This document shows positions 41,538 to 55,700 of a stretch of 64,000 nt of DNA, piece by piece. How positions within the stretch are numbered: the stretch's first letter is position 1; the number at the start of each line of letters is the position of its first letter. This DNA comes from Monocercomonoides exilis PA203. Its lineage: Eukaryota > Protista > Preaxostyla. The notes under the pieces were generated by a model. That model was not told the origin of the DNA. It was given only the letters and a program-made list of their open reading frames with translations, and did not search any database. Where the stretch lies: NCBI GenBank assembly GCA_001643675.2, contig LSRY02000074.1:47511-111510 (forward strand), read 5' to 3'. The position numbers and the translations under genes are program-made.

Positions 41538-44500
41538 ATGAAGGGACTTATCATGGCAGTGATTGCCGTGGTGCTTGGGGCAGAAACGGGGGTTGTTGAC
41601 CACGGGCTGTGGAAGGAGCGGGTGCTGCGGAGCAGGGGGATGCCAGAAAAGCCGTTTATGAAAATGTGGGCGGAGGACAACAGCGAGGCTGTGCTGAGTG
41701 CGGAGAGGCCGGCAAACAAGTATGTTGTCGAAAGGCTGCCTGAAAGCTACGACCCGCGGGAGAGGCACCCAGAGTGCATTCTGCGAGCATCGAACCAGCT
41801 GTCTTGCGGAAGGTGTGTGAATGTGCGTGGAGGTGGGTGCGAAGCGAGGATCCCTGGAACAAGAAAGGAGACCATATGCGCTGTTGTTTTTATAGAATTT
41901 GTTTTTCGAATTGTTTTGCATTTTTTTTTATTTGTCCATTTGATGATTTGCAGTTGCTGGGCAGAGTCTGTGACGAAGGCGCTTGGGGAGCGACTGTGCC
42001 GAGCAACAGGCGGGCTGTTCCGCGGGGAGCTGTCGACGCAGAGCCTGGTGGACTGCAACCGAGACGGGAGCAGCTGCGAGGGCGGGCGGGCAGCAGAGGC
42101 GTGGGTGGAGACGATGGAGGATGGAGTGCCGCTGGGTGTGTGCCAGCCGTATCGCGGGCGGCAGGGGCAGTGCCAGAGGGGATGTGTGAATGCGCTGGGG
42201 AGCGGGGTGGTGTTTTCGGAGAGCGTTCACTGGGCAGACGCGGAGGGGAAGAGCGGGAGGGAGCGGGTGAAAGAGGAGCTTGTTGTGTTTGGGCCGGTGA
42301 CAGGGACGATTGTGGTGCGGGAAGACTTCACGAAGTACAAAGAGGGGATTTACGTGGAGCAGACGGGAGAGTGGCAGACTCCGCATTCAGTGCGGATAGT
42401 GGGGTATGGGAAGGAGCGGGTGGGGAGGAAGGCAGCGCTGGCAGTGAAGAAGGCAGAGGCAGAGGCGAGGAAAAGAGATGCCGAATGGAGGCAGAGCAAC
42501 AGGAGCAAAAGCAGCAGGATCGAGGTGGGTGTGGTGGATGAGATGAGCAATGATGAAGACGGAGATGGAAACGGGGCAGAGGACGAGACGGAGGAGATTG
42601 GGTACTGGCTGTGCGTGAATTCGTGGGGGAAGCAGTGGGGAGACGAAGGGTTTTTCAAGATCCGAGAAGGGGCAGTGAAGAAGGTGCAGTTTGGATACCC
42701 GCGCGTGAGTGTGGAGGATTCTGTGCAGATGCCGCAATGGGCTGTCGAAGGGGGAAAGACAAGGAGCAAGGCAGGCGGAGCTCGAGGAGATGGGGTGATG
42801 GTGCCTGTGTTTGGGAGGGTGCAGATTGGATCGGTGTTTCCAGACAGGATCTCGGTGGATGTGGTGGAGCAGCGTCGGGGCAGAGGAGAAAGAGAGTGTG
42901 GAGATGTGAAGGCGCGGTTTGCAGTGAAGGGAGCAAACATGTTTAAGACGCCTCATCTGCAGTGCCGGCTGGACAATGTGATGTCTTCGGGGGTGGAATG
43001 GGTGTCGCCATCAGAGATTGTCTGTGTGTTCTCATCACTGAAAGACAGCTGGGTGCTGTGTGGAGCAGGAAAAGGTGTGCAGAAAGAGAGAAGATGATTT
43101 TGCCAATGAGTTGTTTCTTTTCTTTTTTATTTTTATTTTTATTTTTTATTTTTGTTTTTGTTTTATCATATTTTTGTATTTGATGTTATTCTGTGACATG
43201 CTGCGAATTATTGAATGTTTGCCTTGTGTCTTGCTGTGATATGCTGTGTGGGCTGCAGAGAGAGAAAAGTGTGGCTGAGTGTGTCTGTGGATGGAGTGAT
43301 CTGGGCCAATGGGATTGGAATAGAGGCAACACGAGACTTCTGCTTGATCAAAGAAGAAGAAAGAGAAGAAGAAGAAGGAGGAGGAGGAGAAAGAGAAAGA
43401 GAAGAGAGAAGCAGAATTCGGCTGTCGAACTGCTCGTCAGGGGTGTTTGGATGCGGAAGGGCAACAGAGCTATCGCCAGCGGAGTGCCAATGCGGTGGAC
43501 AGAGAGGCGGACGAGAATGCGAATGGGAAGACGGGCGGTGCAGCCGGAACTCGGATTGTGGGAATGGAGGAAGGTGTGTGTCCGTGAAGAAGAGGCACTT
43601 CACAAGCAGAAGAGATTGGGATGGAGACGAGGGGAGAGAAAAAGAGGAAGAAAGAGACAAGAAAGTGTGTGTGTGCAAAAGAGGATTTGAAGGGGCATAT
43701 TGTGGAGATGCTGTGGAAGCGGAGAGGAGGAAGCGAGGGCAAATGGGAGGAGAAAGAGGAAAAGAAGGGGAGAGAAAGAAGACGGGGAGAGGAAAAATGG
43801 AGAAGATGGAGAAGATGGAGTTATGAGAGAAGAAGAGAATGAGGATGGGTGGTTGAGGAGAAGCGAGAAGGCGATGGAGTGGGTGGGGTGTGTGTTTGGG
43901 GTGTGTGTGCTTGCAAGCGTGCTTGGAGTTGGAGTGGTTGTGTGTGAAGGAGAAAGCAAAAGAGAGTGGCTGATGGAGGAGCTTCAGGAAGAGGCTGCGA
44001 AGGAAGAAGAAGAAGTTGAAGAAGAAGAAAAGGAAGAGAGGAAATTAGAAGATTGTGAAAAGAAGGATGATGAAAGAGAGAAAAGCGAAGAAAGCGAAGA
44101 AAAGAGAAGGAGAAAGAGGAGGAATGAAAGAGAAATGAAGACGATACAGATGGGTGCAAATGGAAAGAGGGAAGAAGAAGAAGAAGAAGAGGAGGAGGAG
44201 GAAGAAGAAGAAACAATGAAGAAAGAAGAAGGAGAGAGAAGGGTTCCGAATGTGAGAGAAGTGTCAACGCCAAATTTGTGGGAGAATGAAAGCAGAAGGG
44301 AAGAGGAGAAGCCAGAAAGAGGGGAACATGAAATGAATGAGGAGGAAACAGATGAGGATGATGAAGAGGAAGAGGAAAGAACAGAAACGAAAGGGGAGAA
44401 AGATGAGAGGTGGAGAAAGAGGGGAACAGAGATTGCATTGGGAAGAGGAAAAGGGATTGGACGAGATGCACACTCGCCGAAGCTGTCAACAGGGTTCACT

Positions 44501-46940
44501 TCACCTCAAAACACCTCAATCATTTCAGTCACAATCCACAAAATGTTCAACACACACAACACGCATTTCACACTCTTCATTCGCTTCTTTTGCTTCTTTC
44601 ACTCCATTCAATCAAAGCACTTCATGCGCATCATCCTCGTTGCCAGCATCGCCTTTCCCGCCGGCATCTACTCCAATGAGCACAGCAGTTGCAGCAACCA
44701 CAGATGGAGCAAAAACAGCTTCGTCTCTTTCGCCAGATTCAACTCCATCACATCTTGCAGCCACATCATTTGCTATCTCTCCAACTTTTGCATCTTCATC
44801 ATCATCATCTTCTTCTTCTTCTTCGTCTTCATCGGCATTATCATCATCACGATCATCTCTTTCATTTCACTCATCTTCTGTGCACGCTCCGCTGAGGAAG
44901 AGCTATGTGAGCTTGGAAGAACAAGGAGTGGCATTGGCAGTGGCAGAGGAGGGGGAGACGAAGCAGATGATGAGTGAGGAACTCAAAAAAGAAGAGAAGG
45001 CGGAACAAAGAGTTAAAAGAAGAGGAAGAAAGGAGGAAATATTGACAAGGCTGAAAGGGGTGGATGTTGGGATGAGGAGGTGTGTGGCGCTGGGTGGGCT
45101 GTGTGTGCACATGGCGCGTGTGGTGTGTGTGCTGTCGCTGTGCAAATACAGCGAGATGCCGGTTGTGATTGGGATGTTCATGCGGCGGTGTGGCGGAGCG
45201 CTGTTTGGGATGGATGTGCCAGTGGTGTCTGGGGTGTGGAAAGGGTTTGTGGGAAGAGGAAGAGGAGGAGAAGGAGGAGGAGGAGGATTGGAGATGTGGT
45301 TGGGGAAGGAGGGGGGAAGGGTTGTGGAGGAGAGAGGAGGGAGATGGGGTGGATGGGATGGAAGGGGTGGATGGGAGGGAGAGAGGAAAAGGAGGACGTG
45401 GGAGAGGATTGTGGATTGGGTGACGCTGAAGGGGAAAGGCGTGGGAGCGGAAATGGTTGTTGGGGAGAAGAGGTGGGGGGTGTGTGGAGAATGGTGTGTG
45501 GCGGAGAACAAGGAGATGGCATCATTTGTGGGGTCGATTTCGGATGGGGAGGTTGATGTGTGGAGCGTGGGGGTGTATGGGGCTTGTGTTGGGGCGACGG
45601 TGTGTGTGTTGTTGTGGTGTGCGGTGGGGCTGTGGCTGTGTGGTGGGAGTTGTGGGTGGGGAGAGGCAGGGGAGAGGGAGAAAAAAGAGGATGAAGAGGA
45701 GAGAGTTGAAGAAAAGAAGAAGCGAAGAGGCTGCCGGAGAGGGAGACAGGGAGAAGAAGAAAGGAAAAGGAACAAGGAAGAAGGGCATGAGATGTCAGGG
45801 AGGTGCGGGATGCGTGTTGGGATATGGATGACGATGGTTGTGTGGGAAGGGGTGTGGTTTGTGTGTGTGTTTGGGTGTGTTGGGGCTGTTGGGGAGTATG
45901 TGGGGAGGGGGAGGTGGGAGAGGTGGGGAGTTGCAGAGCGTGTGGGGCGAGTGTGTGCGGGCTGTGTGTGGCAGCAGCAGTTGTGTGGGAGGGGGTGCGC
46001 GGGGTGTGCTGTGCGTGGTGGGAGTGGCAGGGGAAGCAGAGGAAGGGGAGGAAGGAAGGAGAAGGGGGCGGATTTGGGGGTGTGATGAGGCATGTGCTGG
46101 GTGGAGAGGCAGATGAGCTGGGGGCGTTGGGGCTGGATCTGGGGCTGCCGCTGGGAGTTGAGGGTGGATGGGAACAGAGGAGCGGCAGCACACAAGACGA
46201 GGAATGCTGCAGTTGCACAAGAGAGAAGGGGAAGGGAGAGAAAGAGAGAAAGCAACAAAGAAATGATGAAGATGAAGAAGAAAATGAAGATGAAGATGAA
46301 GATGAAGAGAAGGAGAAGGAAGGAGGGTCTGCTGAAGTGGATGGAGTGGGTGGGGATGGGGAGCGAGTGTGTTGGAGTGAGCGTGTGCATGCGTGTGCTG
46401 GAGGTGTGTGTGTGTCTGTTTGTGGGGATGGGAAGCGACAATGTTGCGCTGAGCAGCATTGTGCTCCTGTTTGGTGAATTTGCGAGTGGGCTGCTGCTTT
46501 GTCTTGTGCTGCCTTGGAAGGTGTGCTTCATGTTTGATAACTTTCATTTTTGTTTTCTTTGCGAGAAAGAAGAAAAAGGAAGAAAGTATTGATTTTTGCA
46601 TTCTTCGGAATGCTAATGAACGTTCATATCATTTTATTTTATTTTATTTTATTTTATATTTTTTCAAATTTCTTTTTATTGAAATTTTTGTTGTTCTGCT
46701 TTGATGTGTTGGCATTGACATGCTTCGAAACCATTTCTGGTGTGGGTGCAGACACTGCTGATAGGGGTGACAGCAGCGTTTCTGTGCTGGGTGGGAGGAT
46801 TTGCAGTGGTGATGGATGTGCTGGGAGGGTATGTGGGGAAGACGCAGCGCTGTGGATCGGGATGGTGTTCTGCGTTGGGGTGGCAGCGCTTGAAGTTGTT
46901 GCGCTCGGAGGCGGAGTGTTTGAGCGCGTGCAGCGTGTGT
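41538..46940 (+). CDS. Cathepsin B-like protease fused to TIG/IPT-like, EGF-like and multi-TM regions; multi-exon, 3' structure uncertain
   Basis: Signal peptide. Removing intron 41813-41953 gives NQLSCGSCWA; PHSVRIVGYG and VNSWG follow. Then SVFP...VKGANM...LQCR...WVSPSEIVC...VSVDG (TIG-like), CSRNSDCGNGGRC...CVCKRGFEGAYC (EGF-like) and several hydrophobic segments. Confidence 0.65.
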
Positions 46941-47544
46941 GAGAAGAAGAAAGAAGAGCACAGGATTTTTGCATATTTTTTTCCCATTTCCATTTCCATT
47001 TCTTTTTTCTGTCTTTTTCCCCCAGGCTTTAAAGGAATAGAAACGAATGAATGTGTCCGAAAGTGAACTCCCACTGAAAGGGCAATTGCTTGTTGTTGCC
47101 AGAGATAAATACAGTTGAGCCTTGAGTGAAGTTTTACAAACAAACAAAAAAAGCCCAAACAAAAGGAAAAGGAAAAAGAAAAAAGCAAACACAAACACAA
47201 ACATAGACCAGGCACACTTCTGCTTGAATGCCTTCGGAAAATTACAGATGTTTTTGTAAAAATAAAAAGAATAAACACTCACACTTACAAAGTGCGAAAA
47301 ACAAGAAAATAACACAAAAACAAATAAACATGCAAACAAACAAACGAGAAAGAAAGAAATAAAGATACAAAAATACTTTTCCAGAAACAACTGAAATGCA
47401 ACTCCAGTAGTGGAACCAATTGTAAAAATATTGCAATCAAAACGCTTGCAAATAAAGACTTATGAAAAAGAAAAATAAACGTCCAAAACACTCGAATGTC
47501 CATGCCATTTCATGATGCCTTGTTTGCTGAAATTCCCCATCAAT

Positions 47545-50500
47545 CACTCTTTATCCAGCATCTAATTCGCGACATTGAAAAGGAAAACCATGCGGTAATT
47601 CGCCTGGCGAAAAGCCTCGGGATCAGGAGCAGACAAAGGATCCGAGGGAATCGGCACGAACTCTGCATATGGCAGTCCCTCCACATCGGACACTTTCCCG
47701 CGAGAATAGAGCGACACCTGCTGCACCCGGTTTTTCGAGGGCAGGCTCCCCGAGCACCGCCAGAACAGCTGCACATCATTGTGCTGCGGCGTGGCCTCCA
47801 CACAGTCGCGAATCCCACGCTCTTCAATCGTATCATCCACCAAACGCAGCAGCACAACCCCAACATCCTCCCCCTTCTTCCCCTTCTCCCCCTTCTCCCC
47901 CTTCTCCCCCTTCTCCCCCCTTCTCCCCCCCTTCTCCCCCTTCTCCCCCTTCTCCCCTTCTCCCCTTCTCCAACTTCTCCAACTTCTTTCCCTTCTCCAA
48001 CTTCTCCAAGCAACCCACCTGCTTCCACCTGCTGCCATGTTTTGTGGAGTCGGCTGCAAAGCATTGCCCATACACTCCCCAGCACATATTTGCGCCAATC
48101 ACAGAAACAAGCTCAAACGGAGCAATTTGAAGGAAGACCCGCCTCCCTGCTGCCTCCTTCCCTTCTCCATGCCTGTTCCACTCAGCAATGCTCGCGTTCA
48201 ACACCCCAGCTGCCTTCACCCTCGCTTCTCGGTCTGCCCTCATGAACGCAATGCACGTCTCCCGGATGACCTGCACAGCCACATACAGCGCGTGGCTGTT
48301 CAGCTCCATGCTCCCAGCCAGCCGCCCAAACAGAGCACCAACATACCCTCCTCAAACACAAACCCCAGCTCTTTCTCCACATTCGTCAGCACCTCCAGCG
48401 CAAACAGGTCGATCGTGCTCTGCACAGACTCCAGCGAGTGCTGCTGGTATGCGACACTCGACAGCGACCCCACCCCAAAAGGCACCTGAAGCGCAAAAGG
48501 GCGCACCAGCCGCCCAACAAGCCTCCTGAAGAACGGCCGCGTCACCACATCGTCGCTGCTCGCATCTTGCGCAGCACACGTTGCAGCAATACAGCTCAGC
48601 GTGTGGTTGAAGCGCAGCGCTGCCCACGAGCTGTGCTGCCTCCGCACCGACACCAGGTTTCTGTTGACCCACCGGCCGTGCAACCAGCCCAATCTGCTGC
48701 AACAGAACACCGACGACATGTCTGACTGCAGCGTCCGTCTCTCCAGAAAAGACATTCTCAGCAGTTGCATCTTGTCCAGCGTGTAATCAGCAACCGACTC
48801 GTACTCCCCAACCACTGGCTCCCGGATGGAGCTGAACGGCGCTTCTTCCCAGATGGACCGCATGTACTCCTGGGAATAGATGTTTATGTACTCCTCGCTG
48901 TCTGCCCCTCCACCCCCAGCCTCTGCCGCTTTCTCCATCTCCATCTCCACCTCATCCAATTCCTCCATCAGCCGCTGCTCAAACACTCCGCCATACAGCC
49001 GCTTCATCTGCTGCCGATACAACATGCAGATGCTTTCAAGGCAGTGACTCGACATTCTGAAGAACAGTTTGTCCGGAAACCTGCTCGAGGGCAGTTACAG
49101 AAAGAAAAAAGAAAAGAAAAATCGAAATTGCAATTTGACAGTGGGGCATGCCTGTTCAGCCGCAACAGCTTGTTCACAATTGCTTCCAGCTGTTCATCAG
49201 GCATCGCCTCAGCCTTGCGCACTGTCCCGCAATAATACTTCGTGTCTGAATAAACATGCCTCAACAAAATCATAACACAACACAACACAACACAAGCAAG
49301 TCAAACCCCAGTCAGAAAACAAAACATTCAGGCAATAAATGCAATTGTAGATGTGGGGAATGTTCAGCTTGCTCTCCAACACTCCCTCTGCTTCGCCATC
49401 ACCACCGTCTCTTTCCCTGATGTTGACATCCATCTCGCTGCCCTCCCTCTTCAATCTGCTCTTTTCACTCTCCATAAGCTTTTGCTTTCGCTTCACGTAT
49501 TCTGCTTCTGCTCCTTCGGGAAGCGCAATGCCCTCAGCCAGCACGCCTGCCAGCTTCTTCACAGGCAAATTGAATCTGTAATGATCCTTCTCCCACAAAA
49601 CTGCACACGCCGCCTCCAAACGCACACAAAATGGGAGACGCTGTTCTTTTCGCTGCACTTCTGCCACTCTCCCCTCCTCTTGCTTCCTTTTCCCTCCCTT
49701 CTGCTTCCACTTCGCCTTGAGACGTTCCTTCTCCTTTGCTGCACTTTTCCCCCCTTTCCTCTTCTGTTCCCTTTGCCTCCTGTTCGCTCCCTCTTTGCTC
49801 TCCCTTTCTCTCCTTTGCTTTCCTCTGTGCCCCTGCCGCTGTCTGCTGCCTGCTCTGTCACGGACTCCCCATCATCCAGCTTTCCCACATCCTCCTCCTC
49901 GAACCTCTCACGCCCCTCTTCGAGCTCCACATCCACCACCCTTTCGTAATACGGAGCTCTCAGATTTATCTTTTCCCGCGCAACCCCTCGGCTCTTGTTC
50001 CCCACCGCAATCTCCGTCAGCACCCCCTCGAAGCAGTGCTCTTCAAATGCCTTCCCCCACCCATTGGACGCCATCAGGGTGATGTTTGTCCTGGCAGCGA
50101 ACACCAGCTGCAGCGCTTCGACCGCATCAATCAGCCCTGCCCTCTCCTGGCACCGCATCAGAATCGTGTCGATCCCGTCCAGAATGTGCTGCCCCACCAT
50201 CGCCGCAAGCCCCGCCTGGTCTGCGATCCTCACAAACCCCAACACCACCTTGGCCAGCGCACTCAGCGCCTCCTCGCTTTCTGCTGCGTGGATCCGCTCC
50301 ACAACTGCCGGAACCACTTCCCCATCAAAAATCACCTCTTGCAGCAGCGGCGACCCTACAACATCCGACGTCAAAACCGTCTTCGTCTGCTGCTTCTCCT
50401 TCCCGCGCGGTGATTTCACGTGCCTTTTTTCTTGCGCCGTCAGCTGGACCTCCTCCAACCTCAGCCTCCGGTGCTGCACTGGATACGACCTCACATCCAC

Positions 50501-51128
50501 AACAAGCGCCATTGCACGCACATAGCTGGCTGCCACCCTGTCGTCCGCTCCCGCGCTCAGCACCACCTTCCCGCAGTGCAGCACGTTGCGCAGAATATAC
50601 GCCGGAACACTCTCCATCCTTCCGACACATCGCCACAGCAAATCACACATCTCCTTCGAAATGCCAGCCAGCTCGCCTGCCCCAAACTTCCGCCCTCTGA
50701 AAACTCGCCATGAACAAACACAAAAACACAAATACTGAAGCTTTTCTGTCAGCCTCTCCAGCGCGTTAATCGCTGCACCAAAAAAATAAACATTGAAATG
50801 AAAAAGGCTCAAAGCTCAAAATCCGATTCTTTCCTGCAAAACAAGCAAACTCTCGTCTCTCACTTCTTCCACTTTTGCATCCTGCATCGCGTTCCCCATG
50901 CAGCATTTCCGTTGCACAGCAGCCCCACCCACAGCAAGAGCATCAACAAAACACAAAATCATCCAGTTTTGCACCATCAGCCAGCCCCCAAGTTGCACAA
51001 AAATAAAAACAAAGAAGAAAATGAGAATCACGTCTGAGCCAGCAGCAAACACCTTGAATATCGGAGGCGCTGTCTTGTTGTTCCTTCTTGTTGATCTCAT
51101 TTCCAGCAGCCAAATAAATATTACTCAT
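47545..51128 (-). CDS. Hypothetical multi-exon protein, partly alpha-helical repeat-like
   Basis: Chain of purine-rich minus-strand ORFs (49559-50812, 49209-49667, 48300-49055, 47833-48309, 47562-48098) separated by AT-rich GT-AG segments. No family recognised; ends approximate. Confidence 0.5.
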
Positions 51129-52794
51129 CAATAAACAAGATCAGACATTTTTTTTTATTTTTGAGCGAAAGATGGAACGAAAGAGACGACACAAAGAACA
51201 TTGCGCTGGAGGATTTTCTCACGAAAAATGATTGCAAAATAAAAAACTGAAATTGTTCACTTTTAATTCCCTTTCGAATATTTAGAGTCTTTTGTGTTTG
51301 TCTTTTTCTGTATTCTTATGAATCAGAAAAAGACAAGTGTTTGTGCTTGCTTGATGTTTCAGGATTGCGCTCTGTTGAATGATGAAAAGTGAGGGAAAAA
51401 TTGATTGTGAAAGAAAAAGGAATTTCACTTTCTCCTTGGCTGTCTTTTTGAGTAAGAGAGAGAAAAACAAAGATATTTTGTGGAGCGGGCATGACTTTGC
51501 AATGAAGGTAAAAAAATGAAAGAAAAAGAAAAAAACGAGTTGTTGCTGGTGAGACAGGGATATGGTGGGAAATGGCATTGTTGCTGTGTGATTGCGTTGG
51601 GCAGGCAAAGCACAGATAAATGAGGATGCAGTTGAGCTGGTGTGCGGGGGGTGCAAAGGAGGGCTGAAAGCGTGTTTTGCCAGCACGAGTCTGCGCTTCA
51701 CTCAGCATCATTTTCAAATGATTTGTTTCTGATTTTTATTCATTCTTGCTTTTTTTGTGTTCGTTTCCATGAGCAGTGTGAAGACAAAAGGAAGACAGAT
51801 GGAGGATGAGGCCGAAATGCTGAAGTGCCAGCAGGGGCATCTGAGCGTGATGGGATTTGTCCATCGGTCAGGGAGAATGCGTTTGTGATGATGAGGCTGC
51901 ACGAAGAGAAGGGATGCGGAGGAGAGGTTTTTGGTGAAACTGGGAATCTGCTGGGAAGGCAGCACAGGAACTGGAAGAAGCATCGAGAAGGGAGGGATGG
52001 AAGAAGAAGAAGAAGAATGTGAAATGCACAAGGGAGAGAGAGAGAGACATATGAATATTGCATGGGGATGGCTGGTGACTGTTTGGAGGTGTTTTGAAGG
52101 CTTTGTCATCTTGTGGATGATGTGCGAGAGGCGGTTTGGGAGCATTGAGCAGCCGCACCACAAGCAAAGGGAGGGAAGGAGCATGTTTGCAGCAGGAGTG
52201 TTCTGGCTTTTGCGAGAGGTTTTGTGCACGGGAAGCGCGATGATAGCAGTTGATTTTGCGATTGGGGAAATCGGGAAAGGTATGCAGAAGAAAGGGCTAA
52301 TGAGAAACAGTCTTGTTGTGCAACTTGCAGCCATGAGAGAATCGCGGCCAAAGACACCAAAAAAATGGAGATGCCCGGAAGGACGGATGCTGATGGATTG
52401 TCGTGGGGGGTGTGTGTGGTTTTTCTTTTGATTATCAGAGGATGATGAGAAAAGGCGAACTTGGGGGCGAAGAGCAAGCTTCTGTCGATGCAGCTGCAGT
52501 GCTTGGTCGCACAAAGCAGTGCACCAATGGCTCATCTCTGCTGCATGCGGACCTCCTATTTCTCCAAACATGCTTTATTTTATTTTTCTTTATTGTGAAG
52601 TTATTCACAATCGAAAACAAAAACAAGGCCTGCACAATTACATGGTGCAGAAAAATGGAAGGAAAATTGAAAAGTGTGGCAAGGGAGATTTGCACTTCAA
52701 CAAAATTATTATTCAAATATTTTCTTCATTTTTTGCGTCACTTGCCCATAAAAATATATCAAGCGATTCAGCAAAGAGAATTTTCTGCAGCAGG

Positions 52795-55700
52795 ATGTAT
52801 TTGGCGTTGGTGTGGCTGGCAGCCGCAGTGCAGTGCCGCTACTGCGACATCAATGCGACAGAGTTTGTGGCGGCGTCGTACCTGGCGGAGTGCCTGGACA
52901 ACTATCCGGTTTGTGTTCTATTTTTTTGAGTTTTTGGTTTGTGGCTGTTCAGCGGGAAGTGTGTCTGCTGTCTGATGCACCAAAATGGATGTTTGCGGCG
53001 CGCTGTGCTGTGTGCAGGTGGAGGAGCTCGGGGAGCTGGTGGAGACGGTGAAGAAGTATCTGGAGGGATATGCGCTGCGGGACCGGGTGCTGGCGCTGCC
53101 GGCGCCGTACAGCGGGCTGTCGTTCGACGTGGTGGGGGAGCTGGAGCGGATCGGGGAGGTGCAGTACCGGAGCGGGTACAAGAAGCACATGGATGTTGGG
53201 GCAGCGCTGTCGCGGCTGAAGGATCCGCACACGATGTACACGATGCCGTGCTACAACTACTACGGGTACTTCAGCCCGTACTCGTTTGAGATTGCGTATG
53301 AGGAGGAGACGGGGCAGCCGCGGGCGGTGTATGCGGTGCCGGGGGCGATGGAGTCGCTGTTTGAGGCGTGCCTGTATCGGGGGCTGGTGGAGGACATCCG
53401 GGACTGCGCGGTTGTGAACATCTCGTACGACGGGGCAGGGTACAGGGCGGAGGAGCCGTGGGAGACGATCGCGCGGTGGGCAGACGAGAACGTGATGATG
53501 TCGCGGAGCCGGGCAGCGCGGGTGAATGCAGCGCTGCAGATGTATTTCTCGTATCGGCTGGCGGGGCTGTTCAGGAGGCCGGAGTCGGACACGATCCGGG
53601 TGCGGTATGTGGAGGGGGCGGTGCGGGAGACGAGCTGGATGATGTACGGGATGTCGGGGGCGGACATCTACGACATCACGCGGCTGTGCCCGCTGAAGGA
53701 GAGTGCGAACGGGACAGACACGCAGGGCGGAGGCAGCAAGCAGGCAGCAGCCTTGTCGAATTGGGGTGCGCAGCACAGGGGCAGGGGAGAGCGGGGCTGC
53801 AAGGGCAGTTGTTGGGGAAAGCGAGCGGAGGCAGCAGAGGAAGCTGCGGGAGATCACGCGGCAGACGCTGATGGGGCATGCGTTTGGCAGGCTGAACTTC
53901 ACGAGGAGTCAGGCTCAGCAGGGCCACAGAGGCCGGGGAGCGACTAACGCAGCAGCGAACGTGCGGTTTTCCGAGAAAGTGCTTTTGGAGCAGGGAAGCG
54001 TGGGGCGCAGGCGTTTGGGCACAGCAGCACTGCGGGACTGCGGCAGCACAGGGGAAGGGCGCAGAACCATCTGAACACCACGCAGTTTGGGGAAGGCGGA
54101 GGATCAGCGCTTGTCATCAAGGAGCGGAGGAGCGGAGGCTGGGGAACAGGGAGCAACGGGAAATACAGGGTGACGAAGCAGCGACTGCCCCGGCTGAGGA
54201 TCAGGCGAGGAGGCAACGAGCATGCGCTACTGAACATTTCAGGTGAAGGGCGAGAGGCAGGAGCAGGAGGCAAGAGGAGGAGCGTTGGGGAGCAGAGAGA
54301 TGGCATTGGATTGGTGTGGAAAAGAGGGGAAAATGCAGCAGGTGGAGGCAGTGAGGCGGAAGAGGAGGATGTGACAGTGCTGTATGAGAGCGAGGCGTTC
54401 AGCGCATATTATGTTGAATCGGAGCGGATTGGGGTGTTGAATGTGGACTCGTTCAGCCCTGAAGACGAGAAGCAGTTTGTGGCGAGTGTGTTTGAGACTC
54501 TGCGGTGGCTGCGGGAGGAAGGGGAGAAGGGGGAGAAGGGGGAGAAAAGGGAAGGAGAGGCAGGGAAGGTGCGTGTTGTGGTGGATGTGCGCGGGAACAC
54601 GGGGTCAGCAGGGCTGGGGCGGGGGCTGCTGCATGTGCTGTTTCCGGGGGAGTATCCGCTGTATGGGCGGGAGAGGTTTGTGAAGAGCATGGGGAACATG
54701 CTTGTGGCAGAGGGGCTGGCAGGAGACGGCGGGGTGGAGGCGGTGGAGTATGAGACGCAGAAGAAGAAAGAGAAGTGGCTGAGCGAGGAGGAGGTGCGGG
54801 AGGAGGGGAGTGGAGACGGGGCGGTGCGGCGGGAGCGTGTGTGGACGCGGGTGTATGCGCTGAACAGGGAGGAGAGCGACCTGTTTGGGAAGTGGGCGGC
54901 GTCGGTGGAGTGGGGCGGGGAGAGGCTGTTTGATGCGGAGCATGTGATGGTGGTGAGCGACGGGCTTTGCGGAGGGGTATGTGGGCAGTTTGTGAAGCAC
55001 ATTGCGGAGCGGCACCTGGCGAAGGTGGCGGTGATAGGGGCAGACCCGACAGATGCAGAGGGGGATGTGGATGTGGGGTCGTTCAGCGGAGGGGGAGCGG
55101 TGGACGAGGAGGAGGTGCGGGCGCTTGCAGCAGCGAAGTATGGGGAGAACGCGGAGGGGATGCTGCCGGCGAGGCTGCTGCGGGAGGGGCAGACGGTGTC
55201 GTGGGGATGGAGGACACGCTGAGCTTTGGGGTTGGGGAAGAGGCAGAGTCGCTGGAGCTGAAGGTGTGTGGGGCGGATGTGGTGGTGCTGTGTTCAGTGA
55301 CGCCTTTGGCGATGGAGGTGGATGAGCGGCTGCGGGTGGCGGTGGGGGTGGGGCAGGGGATGGAGCGGCTGGCGAGGTGGGAGGTGCGAGAGACAGCAGA
55401 ATGCGCAGCCGGGCGGCTTGGCAGAGGCAGAGGCAGCGGCAGAGGAGGAGGAGGAGGAGAGGCAGCACATCAAGCACACTTCACGCAACTCAATTCATCC
55501 ACTTCATCCACTTCATTTTCATCGTTGACGGCACAATCGACTTCGGTGTGCGAGAGATGAGAGCAGAAGGGAGGCGCACCGGGTGCTGGGGCGCGGGGTG
55601 GACGAGGCGACGGGGAGTTCTGCGAGACAGGGTGCGTGTCGGCGGGGTGCGAGTCGGGGTATTACGAGAACTCGCGAGGGTTGTGCAGCCGGATTCCGAG

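Noticed and set aside
47868-47965. Collagen-like (GEK)n repeat
   Set aside because: Short 9-bp purine slippage repeat that also appears near 54520; consistent with general low complexity.
51550-52660. Purine-rich coding-like segment on the + strand
   Set aside because: No continuous frame or recognisable domain; may be a decayed gene but cannot be supported.
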